From Candidatus Jordarchaeia archaeon (GTDB taxonomy: Archaea > Asgardarchaeota > Jordiarchaeia > Jordiarchaeales > Jordiarchaeaceae), in NCBI GenBank assembly GCA_029856435.1, contig JAHQXB010000061.1:1-17406 (forward strand): a DNA stretch of 17,406 nt, given 5' to 3'. This document shows, piece by piece, positions 1-8,173 of the stretch; within the stretch, counting starts at the first letter, position 1, and every line of letters starts with the position of its first letter. The notes beneath the pieces were generated by a model that was not told the origin of the DNA, did no database searches, and saw only the letters and a list, made by a program, of their open reading frames with translations. The position numbers were made by a program, and so were the translations under genes.

Positions 1-1638
1 CGTCCCACCAATAACCAAGGTTATGTCGCCGGTGGTTGAACCACTGTTAATATCCATGTAGCCCTCCACAGTTATTGAGCCCTCCATGTAGTTGTACCCG
101 GAAATTCCAATGTCGCCAGACATCATGATGTTGCCAAACATGCTTATCAAGTCGCTCGAAATGTAGGAGGCACCAGATATGGATGTGTAGCCGTCCAAAG
201 TTATGCTGAGCTGGATTCCGCCATAAATCCTTCCAAGATTCAGCATCCCCTCAAGGATCATTCCCCCCTCTAGGGAGACCGTGGTTGAAACTGGAAATGT
301 GTGGAACCCATTCAGATCGAAACGCAGCCCACTGCTCAGATACTGGTAGTTCGAGGTAAGTTCGACACTGCTCTGACTCACGGAGTATATGCCCCTTATT
401 TGGGTGTAACCTCCACTACTGCTCCATCCCCCAACGGTGAGATTCAACGCTTCCACATGAACACGGAGAACATCCGGGTTGCCTTCAGGATAGCCTGGGC
501 TGCCTACAACCCTGATGCCTGCTCCATCTCCCCCAGCTCCACTATTAAATGTCATGACAGACGACTGGTAGCTCTTCATCACCATATGGGTGTTAAGCAT
601 TTTAATATAGCCGTCCGTGATAATCATCGGATTAGTACCGGAAGGCTGAGGATTACTCGGATCAACGCTCCAAGACTCAAATTCGGTGTTTGCACTCCAA
701 TACATACTGTAAAGACCACTGTAATAGTTATTTTTGGTTTCCATATTGAGGATTTCATCGTTCATGTCGATTGGTATGATTAGTATCCATAGGGTTGGTA
801 GTACGTGAGCGTGTGCCATTGCGCTGAGGTTAATGTACGGGTAGCTCCCGGCATAGTAGTAGTCTTCAGAGTCACTACCAAGGCTGGTGGTAATGTGGAA
901 GTTAATGTGGTCGGGGTAAAACGTGATGTAGACATCAGCAGTTATGGGAATGCCTATTACTGATCTTTGTTGTTGTGTGTAGGTGGTTAGAGATCCGCTG
1001 TAAACTTTTATGCCTGTTCTTACATCTATTTTCACGACGTTTGTTTTCAGTCCTTGGAGGTCGCCGCTGTCGCCTATGTAGCCGCTGCCTCCTGGCCCTG
1101 TTTTGATGTACATGTAGGATTCTTTGAGGGTTTGTTCAAGGCAGTCTCCTGTGACACTTCCGCCGCTTGTTACTGCTCCTATTGTTATGTTGCCTTTGGC
1201 TTCAAAGACCGTTGGATTGGTGTAGCTGCCGTTCATTATGACATAACCGTTGGGTGTGAGTGGTTCACCTTGGGAGAATTTGTCAGCGTATATGTTCATG
1301 GTGAATGGCTGGCTGTTGATGCCATTCATGGCTAGTGTGGGGGACATGGTGAGGTAGGGGTTGCCGCTGGTTTTTGTGATTTGTAGGTTGCCCCCTATGG
1401 TACTTGTTCCTGTGATGTTTATGGGGCTCCAGGCGGTGAGTTGACCGTTTATGCTTGTTCCTTCTATTATTTGTAGTGGTTGTGGGTTTTGATGTGTGGG
1501 TTGGGGTGCTGAGAGAATGGTTGGGGTGCTGGTTGTGGTGGAGGCTAGTGCTAGGGAGGCTATTAGTAGCATCACTATTGTTAGGTAGGCTGTTTTGAGA
1601 AGTTTTTTCCGGTTCTTGTTTTTTCCTTTTTTCTCCAT
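1..1638 (-). CDS. Large secreted/surface protein, partial (at least 546 aa, runs off the left edge), beta-rich with hexapeptide-like repeats
   Basis: Translated by hand. ATG at 1638 is preceded by a GAGGAG RBS, and the frame has no stop down to base 1. The N-terminus MEKKGKNKNRKKLLKTAYLTIVMLLIASLALAS is basic then hydrophobic (signal peptide), followed by a T/P/Q-rich linker and G/S/T/N/I-rich strands. Five N-x-S/T sequons (NIT, NGS, NIT, NLS, NLT). Not in the ORF track, presumably because its stop lies outside the window. Confidence 0.9.
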   Translation of the reverse strand, partial: MEKKGKNKNRKKLLKTAYLTIVMLLIASLALASTTTSTPTILSAPQPTHQNPQPLQIIEGTSINGQLTAWSPINITGTSTIGGNLQITKTSGNPYLTMSPTLAMNGINSQPFTMNIYADKFSQGEPLTPNGYVIMNGSYTNPTVFEAKGNITIGAVTSGGSVTGDCLEQTLKESYMYIKTGPGGSGYIGDSGDLQGLKTNVVKIDVRTGIKVYSGSLTTYTQQQRSVIGIPITADVYITFYPDHINFHITTSLGSDSEDYYYAGSYPYINLSAMAHAHVLPTLWILIIPIDMNDEILNMETKNNYYSGLYSMYWSANTEFESWSVDPSNPQPSGTNPMIITDGYIKMLNTHMVMKSYQSSVMTFNSGAGGDGAGIRVVGSPGYPEGNPDVLRVHVEALNLTVGGWSSSGGYTQIRGIYSVSQSSVELTSNYQYLSSGLRFDLNGFHTFPVSTTVSLEGGMILEGMLNLGRIYGGIQLSITLDGYTSISGASYISSDLISMFGNIMMSGDIGISGYNYMEGSITVEGYMDINSGSTTGDITLVIGGT

Positions 1639-1830
1639 GTTACTCTCCTCCTTTTTAAGGATGGGTGTGGTTTGTTGACGTAGTTGTCGGACTGTGTTTG
1701 GTTTTGTTTCTGGAGAATCTTTTGTTCCCTTTGTCCTCTATTGGTGTGTTTTTGTTGTTTTCTTCCACCTTGCCCTTCTCCTTTTTCCTTCTACTTTTTT
1801 GGTTTTGTTGATTTTTTGGCGTCTTTCCCC

Positions 1831-1838
1831 TATTTAAA
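1831..1838 (-). promoter_or_regulatory. Candidate TATA box (TTTAAATA) for the surface-protein gene
   Basis: Minus strand reads CCAAAATG-TTTAAATA about 190 nt upstream of the ATG at 1638; this would imply a long A-rich leader. Confidence 0.35.
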
Positions 1839-1973
1839 CATTTTGGAAAAATGACGTATTTTTACGGCAAATAATCCATGTTAACATAACTAGGGAGATT
1901 GGTAAATACCAAACTGTTCCAAAAAATTGTATATATCCACATCTTTCCACAAAATTGAAGTACTAGTTGCCTC

Positions 1974-1989
1974 TGAAAAGGTTTAAAAG
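1974..1989 (+). promoter_or_regulatory. BRE/TATA (GAAAAGG-TTTAAAAG) for the thiolase-like/DUF35 operon
   Basis: Purine run followed by TTTAAAAG at 1982-1989, about 30 nt before the probable TTG start at 2019. Confidence 0.55.
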
Positions 1990-2018
1990 AGCTCCATCTC
2001 TTGGTGAGAGGTGAGTTT

Positions 2019-3203
2019 TTGAACGTATTCATTGTGGGAGTTGGACTAACTGAGATTAAATCCCGCTGGTATGCGGACTCAGCTGTGCTTGCGCAGCAAG
2101 CTATAATGGATGCTCTAAAGGATGCTAACCTGGAACCGAAAGACATAGAAGGGATTATAACTACGCCTCAGGGATACTTTACTGACGCTAGAGATATTGA
2201 CCGGTTTGCTCCTCAGAGAATGGGGGAATACCTAAACATAAGTGCTAGGGTACAAGTTGCTGTTGACATTGGTGGGATGAGTAGCTTAGCCGCCGTGAAG
2301 TATGGAGCCTACGAGATACTGCTGGAGAAATGTGGAACGCTTTTAATCTACGCTTCGGAAAAGCTTGTGACCCGGGAGGCCTTCAACATTTCGCGGCACA
2401 TGTACCTCACATATTTAGTTAATGGGCTCTTTGGACCCTATGACTGCAGGTATGGTGTAGCCAGAGCCGCTCCGTATTATGCTATGGCCACTCAGAGGTA
2501 TATGTATGAATATGGTGTTAAAAGGGAAGACGTGGCTCACTTACCAGTTGTCTTGAGGGAGAACGCTGTTTTGAATCCGCGGGCTCAGTTCCGGGAACGC
2601 ATAACTGTTGAGGATGTGCTCAATTCTAAATCTGTGTGTCCCCCACTAAACCTTCTCGACTGTTGTCCTGTATCTGAGGGGGGAGCGGCGATAATCATTG
2701 CAGACCAGAATACTGCTAAAGATTTGGGGAAGGACGATTGTTACATAGCGGGAATAGGGGAGGCACATGATCCCACAAGCTTTTTCCCAGTTTATCAGTC
2801 AGTCACTGAAATTCCTTCTTTGAGGAGAGCTACTCGGGAAGCTTTGAAACAGGCCAAAGTTGATTTAAAGGATGTGGATGTAGCAGAGGTTTACGGTCCA
2901 TTCAGCGGCACAGAACTTATGGTGTATGAAGAACTAGGCTTTTATGAAAGAGGCAGGGCAGCGGAGGCGGTAGTTGAGGGACGCACAAAGATTAGCGGGG
3001 ATATGCCTATAAATCCTTCGGGGGGAAGACTCTCTCTGGGGCACCCGCCCTATGTCACGCCTCTTGCAGAAATATTCGAAATAGTGATCCAACTAAGGGG
3101 AGAGGCAGGGAGGAGGCAGGTCCAAGGTGCAGAAACCGGATTGGTGCACGCGGAGCACGGGATGATGAACGGAAACATGGTAGTGATAATAAGGAGGAGG
3201 TAG
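2019..3203 (+). CDS. Thiolase-fold protein (SCP2-thiolase/Ltp2-like) lacking the nucleophilic Cys
   Basis: Motifs FIVGVG, LNLLDCCPVSEGGAA, DVAEVYGPF, INPSGGRLSLGHP and QLRGEAG.RQV. The ORF track starts at 2001, but the in-frame TTG at 2019 follows GAGGTGA (2008-2014) and fits the TATA position better. Confidence 0.88.
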   Translation: MNVFIVGVGLTEIKSRWYADSAVLAQQAIMDALKDANLEPKDIEGIITTPQGYFTDARDIDRFAPQRMGEYLNISARVQVAVDIGGMSSLAAVKYGAYEILLEKCGTLLIYASEKLVTREAFNISRHMYLTYLVNGLFGPYDCRYGVARAAPYYAMATQRYMYEYGVKREDVAHLPVVLRENAVLNPRAQFRERITVEDVLNSKSVCPPLNLLDCCPVSEGGAAIIIADQNTAKDLGKDDCYIAGIGEAHDPTSFFPVYQSVTEIPSLRRATREALKQAKVDLKDVDVAEVYGPFSGTELMVYEELGFYERGRAAEAVVEGRTKISGDMPINPSGGRLSLGHPPYVTPLAEIFEIVIQLRGEAGRRQVQGAETGLVHAEHGMMNGNMVVIIRRR

Positions 3204-3208
3204 GAGAG

Positions 3209-3568
3209 TTGGAGAGATTCTTCCAAGAACTTCAAAACAGGAAATTTGTGGTGCCAAAATGCAAAAACTGTGAAAAGCATATATATCCACCAAGGAATTT
3301 TTGCCCCTTCTGCAACTCAAAAAAATTGGAATGGGTTGAAATAAGTGGGATGGGAACACTGTACGCCTACACAATAAATTCTGGAGGCATCTGCTTCCGC
3401 GACGAAACTATTGGAATAGTGGAATTAAAAGAAGGGTTCAAAATCCTAACCTACATAGGAAAACCAATCCAGGAATTAAAAATCGGCCAACCAGTGAAAC
3501 TTGAATACATCGAAATAGAGACAAAAGAGGGGAAAGTAACACTGCACAGGTTTGTACCACAAAAATAA
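3209..3568 (+). CDS. DUF35 family Zn-ribbon/OB-fold protein (acyl-CoA-binding thiolase partner)
   Basis: CKNC...YPPRNFCPFC, then SGMGTLYAYT and IGIVELKEG. Starts 5 nt after the thiolase stop, the usual thiolase-DUF35 arrangement. Confidence 0.9.
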   Translation: MERFFQELQNRKFVVPKCKNCEKHIYPPRNFCPFCNSKKLEWVEISGMGTLYAYTINSGGICFRDETIGIVELKEGFKILTYIGKPIQELKIGQPVKLEYIEIETKEGKVTLHRFVPQK

Positions 3569-4008
3569 AATGGCCCATACTCCTCTTTTAGGGTTAACGT
3601 CATTAAGTTAAGGTGAAGGAGTAGCGTGGTTTTGTTTGATTCTGCCTCTAAAAGGTGTCTAAAGATTTTTTCTGGTTGAGAGCCTAGAAAATAGGTGGTA
3701 AAATCGGGTGAATCTAACCGCCTCATAAGTACTAAAAAGTAATTTAACTTAATGCCATTGCTCTCTAGGGGGCACTGTTAACTAAGTGTCACCTATCGTG
3801 CGCCATACATTTTTAGGCTTAAACATCCCTCCTCTTGGACGTATTTCGGCGTTTTTCAACGGTGAAACAATTGCGAGCATACTTCTATGAGGGGACTTAA
3901 CACTTTCCGAACATGCACACAATAGGTAATGCCTACTTTAATTTTGTCTCTGGGGAAGGCTTAGGGGGGATGGATGCGGAAAATTTTGATTATTTTTATC
4001 CGTTTGTT

Positions 4009-4320
4009 TTATTGCCTTTTTTTGATCAGTGGGAAAGTTAGAGCCACTATGAATGCCGCCACTCCACCAGAAACACCCAAAACTATAAGGGTCTGAGAAC
4101 TTGTAGAAATCTGGTTTAAAATGATCAAGATGATAGTGATAAATCTTTCAAAGAGTGGAGGAATATAAGGGCCGGTTCTACTATGGAACACAGCGTTTTC
4201 TGTAAAGTTTACTTCTTCTTGGTGTCCCTTGAATGCCTCAACCTTAATTCTCTCATCACCCACAACCTGCACAGCAAGTGTGTATTTTTTGACGCTATAG
4301 AGTTTCTCATTAATTTTTTC
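4009..4320 (-). pseudogene. Probable C-terminal remnant of a membrane-anchored surface protein
   Basis: The frame is open from 4320 (EKINEKLYSVKKYTLAVQVVGDERIKVEAF...) and ends in a hydrophobic helix plus basic tail (LIVLGVSGGVAAFIVALTFPLIKKRQ*). TAG stops lie immediately upstream, with no convincing RBS/start. Confidence 0.4.
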
Positions 4321-4499
4321 CTAAACCTATCCTTGAATGGGGTTATTTAAGGCTTCTTTTCCCAAAAGAGGCGGAAAAAAACCATATTTTCTGGAAGCGA
4401 AAAGGGAAAAATTAAATGGAAAGTCTATATATTTTTTTCTAGAGATTTTTGGAAAAATTTATTATTTTTTTAGTATTTATTATTTATTTATTAAAGAGT

Positions 4500-4566
4500 T
4501 ATATAAATTATGATATATAAATTAAAGATGAGTGTCTGTATATGTTTAAGAAAAAAAGTATATAAA
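4500..4566 (+). promoter_or_regulatory. AT-rich tfe promoter region: BRE/TATA (AAAAAAAG-TATATAAA, 4551-4566) plus tandem TATATAAATTA repeats
   Basis: TATATAAATTA at 4500-4510 and 4514-4524; TATATAAA at 4559-4566 after a purine run; RBS AGGAGGG at 4649-4655. Confidence 0.5.
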
Positions 4567-4662
4567 AGTTATTTTAACCAAAAAATTTAAAATCATTCTT
4601 TTTCCTAAAAATTTTCCAAGGGGACTAGCAGTTTTCAAGTTTCTTTGAAGGAGGGATTATAA

Positions 4663-5265
4663 ATGAGTGTAGAAGCTTCAAACCATGGTCAAATATCCAA
4701 ACAACCACATATGCTCTATGAAACGATAATACAGGATTACCGAACCATTATTGGAGACGAATTCGACGAAAATTTTGTCGCGGTTCTGGAGCAGCTGTCG
4801 ACAGATTTTGAAACCACCGAGGAGAAGATCGGTGCAGAGACAAACATGCCTTTCAAGGAGATTAGAAAGATTCTCTATAAACTGTATGATTCACGCATAG
4901 CGACCTACAGAATGGTTCGAGACCCCAACACTGGATACATAATATTTCTGTGGAAGCTTCTCCCCCTAAAGTGCAGTTTTGCAACATTTAAGCATAAAGC
5001 CCTGCTCACAATTAAAAGTTTAGAGGAGCGAATCGAATACGAAAAAAGCAATACCTTCTACCATTGCGGTATGAACACCTGTCAGAGGCTCACCTTCGAC
5101 CAAGCCGTAGAAGCAGAGTTCAGATGTCCAACCTGCGCAAAACCTCTACAACTTGTAGACAACCAAGAAACTATAAATATGCTGAGAAAGAAAATCCAGG
5201 AACTAGAAAAAGATATTGAAACCATCTCCAAAAGTCTCTCAGAGAAAGAAACCGCCACTTCCTAA
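4663..5265 (+). CDS. tfe: Archaeal transcription factor E (TFE / TFIIE-alpha homologue)
   Basis: Winged helix with IRKILYKLYD..IATYRMVRDPNTGY...W, linker EERIEYEKSNTFY, Zn ribbon CGMNTC...TFDQA.EAEFRCPTC and the DN..I..L coiled tail. Confidence 0.93.
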   Translation: MSVEASNHGQISKQPHMLYETIIQDYRTIIGDEFDENFVAVLEQLSTDFETTEEKIGAETNMPFKEIRKILYKLYDSRIATYRMVRDPNTGYIIFLWKLLPLKCSFATFKHKALLTIKSLEERIEYEKSNTFYHCGMNTCQRLTFDQAVEAEFRCPTCAKPLQLVDNQETINMLRKKIQELEKDIETISKSLSEKETATS

Positions 5266-5581
5266 TCTCAAAAACAAACCTATTTTTGAGAAATTAAAAG
5301 AGGACGCTTGAGAAGTCTTTTCTCCATTTTTGTGGCACAATTAACTACACTTTTACCTATCCATAGACTGGTTCAGGTCGCGTGGAAACTGATTCAATTA
5401 TGTTCCTTAAAATTTGGCTTTTAGGCTGGAAAAATCCACTTCCAGTCGCAAAAAATAATTATCAAAACAATGCCGCCCACAACTGGGAGATGCTTGTATA
5501 AATTGTGCTTACAGTTGCACCAAATCTTTTTTAAATCCGAACCACCCTTATAATTATTAAAGGAATATTAGGGAGAGAGAA

Positions 5582-6667
5582 ATGGAGAAGGCTCGTTTTA
5601 CTCTTCTGCGTGGAGGAGCAGCTGAAGCCTTGGCTTCTGCGGCAACCACTTTTAAACATAGAATAATTGGTAAAATTCCAGACACCGTTTCTGTTTGGAT
5701 TGCGGATAGGCCCTGCGTTGCTATGGGCTACTATGAAGATATTGACTCTGTGGTAAACATTGAGGGAATTAAAAAGCACAAAGTGGAGCTGAGCAGAAGG
5801 TTTAGAGGTCAGGGTGCGGGAACATACTTTGCATCACCGGGGTCAATGGTTTGGTCAGTAATAACGAATAAGCTGGATAACATGGAGGAAGCAGCAAGAC
5901 TCATTGTGGGCGACATAACGCTCGGATTATACAAGAAAGCGGGAATCGAAGGATTATGGTATAAACACCCGGGAGATATAAAAACTGGTGAGAGGAAGCT
6001 GAGTGGACATTCTACCTCAAAAATATTCAACACCACGCTGGTATTCACATTTATTAATAGGGTTTCTCCTGACGCTGAGATGATGGCGGAGGTAATTAAG
6101 TATCCTCCTGAAAAGGCTAAAGACAAAATAATTAAGGATTTGAGGGATTATGCCGCCAGCATTGAGAAGGACGGCAAAATAATGATGGATGAGGAAGAAA
6201 TAATAGAGTACCTAGTAGAATCAGTGAAGGATAAACTTGGAATAGAAGTGGAGCCGGGTGAGCGGACGCCCGAAGAGCTAGCAGACATTGGCAATTTAAC
6301 AAAGTACATGTTGGACGAAAAATTTGTTTATAGGTATTCCAGCGAAAAATGGAAGAAGAATCTACCCAGCGAAGATAGGGTTGGCTCCCGAGAATACAAA
6401 GCAGCAAAACTCATTCAAGCCCATGTAGCAGTTGACCCCAATGGGATGATTGACGATGTGCTCATAACTGGAGACTTTTTGGTCAGACCACCACACGGTC
6501 ACCAAGTAATAGCGGAAATGCTTAAGGGCACTATGGCAATGAATAGCGCCGCAATAAAAGAAGTGGTTAAAAATGTGTTCTCGATGCCGGGCTTCGAATG
6601 CTCAGGAATAACAGCTGAAGAGTTCGCAACACCCATAATCGATGCGGCAAAAAACGCACTAGGATAA
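5582..6667 (+). CDS. lplA: Lipoate-protein ligase A family protein (BPL/LplA/LipB catalytic domain plus C-terminal accessory domain), divergent active-site motif
   Basis: [26 protein letters not shown] (divergent RRxxGGG.VY), HPGDI...RKLSG with the catalytic Lys, and C-terminal I.DVLITGDF. Confidence 0.8.
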   Translation: MEKARFTLLRGGAAEALASAATTFKHRIIGKIPDTVSVWIADRPCVAMGYYEDIDSVVNIEGIKKHKVELSRRFRGQGAGTYFASPGSMVWSVITNKLDNMEEAARLIVGDITLGLYKKAGIEGLWYKHPGDIKTGERKLSGHSTSKIFNTTLVFTFINRVSPDAEMMAEVIKYPPEKAKDKIIKDLRDYAASIEKDGKIMMDEEEIIEYLVESVKDKLGIEVEPGERTPEELADIGNLTKYMLDEKFVYRYSSEKWKKNLPSEDRVGSREYKAAKLIQAHVAVDPNGMIDDVLITGDFLVRPPHGHQVIAEMLKGTMAMNSAAIKEVVKNVFSMPGFECSGITAEEFATPIIDAAKNALG

Positions 6668-6733
6668 AAACATTCAAGAGAAGTAACCAAAACTCTTTCT
6701 CCCTTTTATTCTTAACTCAGGGAGGTTTTTGGT

Positions 6734-7681
6734 GTGGTAATTAGTGTGCATGGGCACCTAGCTCACAAGAATATGTGGTCTGATAGGTTCTGGGATTTCG
6801 TAGCCGACAATTACGCTAAGTCATTGGGCATACCCAAAAAAATGGTGGTTGAGCAGATGTTGCCCCAATTTTGGAAGTCTAACGCCGAAGTATTCGTCGG
6901 AGTGATGGATGGTGCAGGCATTGATAAGGCTTTAGTTATGGGGGTTGACTGGGGCATGTCTATTGTTGGCGAGGCGGAGTGGTCGGTGGAGGAGATGAAC
7001 GAGTGGGTCGCAAAGCAGGCTGACGAGTACCCAGATAAGCTTGCCGCCCTTTGCGCCATAGACCCGAGGAGAGGAGAGAGAGCAGTTAAACTTTTAGAAA
7101 GAGCCGTGGAAGAATGGGGAATGAAGGGGCTCAAGTTCCACCCCACAGCTGGTTACTACCCCGATGACCAGAAATATTTCCCACTTTATGAGAAGTGTAT
7201 AGAACTCGATGTGCCCCTCTACTCACATACTGCAGCGGTAATCTCTGCTCCAATGGAATCCAAATACGCAGACCCCATATATTTAGACAGTGTTGCGGCA
7301 AACTTTCCAGATCTAAAAATAGTTATGGTTCACTTCGGTGGAATGAATTGGACTCTCAAAGCGGCGGAGATAATGACTGCCCGACCCAACGTTTACGCTG
7401 AGATCTCTGCCCATCAGGTAGCTGCTGCGGGTATGCCTCAGTACTGGTTAACCACTTTGAGAAACCTGCTTAACGTTCCCTCTCTGCTGGGGCCTCCTCT
7501 CAAGGATAGGATAATGTTTGGCACCGACTGGCCCTACCTCTTGACAGTTATGGGTGATGATGCCTGGGTCAACTGGGTAAAAAGTATTCCAGAAAAAGCA
7601 AAAGAATACGGCTTAAAATTCACACAGGAAGAAATCAACAAAATTCTGAGCGAGAATGCGAAGAGAATACTAAAACTGTGA
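6734..7681 (+). CDS. Amidohydrolase_2 family metal-dependent TIM-barrel hydrolase/decarboxylase
   Basis: N-terminal HGH, GLKFHP, LYSHT, MVHFG and FGTDWP motifs; GGAGG RBS before the GTG. Confidence 0.88.
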   Translation: MVISVHGHLAHKNMWSDRFWDFVADNYAKSLGIPKKMVVEQMLPQFWKSNAEVFVGVMDGAGIDKALVMGVDWGMSIVGEAEWSVEEMNEWVAKQADEYPDKLAALCAIDPRRGERAVKLLERAVEEWGMKGLKFHPTAGYYPDDQKYFPLYEKCIELDVPLYSHTAAVISAPMESKYADPIYLDSVAANFPDLKIVMVHFGGMNWTLKAAEIMTARPNVYAEISAHQVAAAGMPQYWLTTLRNLLNVPSLLGPPLKDRIMFGTDWPYLLTVMGDDAWVNWVKSIPEKAKEYGLKFTQEEINKILSENAKRILKL

Positions 7682-7687
7682 AAAACT

Positions 7688-7722
7688 GTTTCCCATTTTT
7701 CTTCCATTTCTTTTTTTAATTC
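7688..7722 (+). terminator. Oligo-T terminator region between the convergent amidohydrolase and fur genes
   Basis: Pyrimidine tract with T runs (CCCATTTTTCTTCCATTTCTTTTTTTAATT) just after the stop at 7681; archaeal intrinsic terminators are U-rich. Confidence 0.45.
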
Positions 7723-7749
7723 TACGCGTTTATTCTACTTTTCAAGAGA

Positions 7750-8142
7750 TTACTTTATAATAATAATTAGACTTTCGATGCTTTTTCTCCCTTTACTGAT
7801 TATTTTTACTATCTCTTCCAGGTGCATCTTTATTTCATTGTTGCTGATATCCCTAATTGTTCCGTCTGGCTCCGCTATGTTGATGTGTAGTTCTGGGTTT
7901 GTTTCATAGCGGGTTTCTCTCTCATAGTTGAAAATTTTTAATAGTTTTAGTTCAACCATGATTTTCAGGTTGTTGAACACGGTGGAACGGCTTATGTTGG
8001 GATAGGTGCGCCGAATAGCGTTAAAAATTTGGTTGAATGAGGGGTGGTCCTTCCCTAACTCTCCAAGTATTTTGATTAATTCCCGCCTTTGGGGGGTGAT
8101 TTTCATTCCGTGCTTCTTTAATTGTTCTTCCATGAGCGCCAC
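7750..8142 (-). CDS. fur: Fur/PerR family transcriptional regulator, Cys-free variant
   Basis: KITPQR.ELI, DHPSFNQIF, PNISRSTVFNNLK wHTH; RYE...HINI...GTIRDI. Divergent from the DPS-like gene. Start is GTG 8142 or ATG 8133. Confidence 0.85.
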   Translation of the reverse strand: MALMEEQLKKHGMKITPQRRELIKILGELGKDHPSFNQIFNAIRRTYPNISRSTVFNNLKIMVELKLLKIFNYERETRYETNPELHINIAEPDGTIRDISNNEIKMHLEEIVKIISKGRKSIESLIIIIK

Positions 8143-8173
8143 TTTCCCATGTTATATATTGGGGGGCGGGATA

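Noticed and set aside
301-1335. Plus-strand ORFs 301..783 and 1054..1335
   Set aside because: Antisense shadows of the long minus-strand surface-protein frame; no motifs or RBS.
1862-3374. Minus ORFs 1862..2146, 3050..3280 and 3093..3374
   Set aside because: They overlap the well-supported thiolase-like and DUF35 genes on the opposite strand, with no recognisable features.
3578-3623. Possible hairpin TACTCCT...TTAAC/GTTAA...AGGAGTA after DUF35
   Set aside because: Short interrupted stems with no recognisable ncRNA or IS-end signature.
3451-3830. Minus ORF 3451..3726 and a short upstream ORF (MFKPKNVWRTIGDT) after GAGGAGGG
   Set aside because: The longer ORF overlaps DUF35 by over 100 bp and neither resembles a family I know; a decayed gene cannot be excluded but is unsupported.
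5366-5447. Alternative pairings upstream of lplA (GGCTGGAA/TTCCAGTC vs GACTGG/CCAGTC) as a riboswitch
   Set aside because: Stems of 5-8 bp are expected by chance, there is no known aptamer motif, and it is unclear the region is transcribed.
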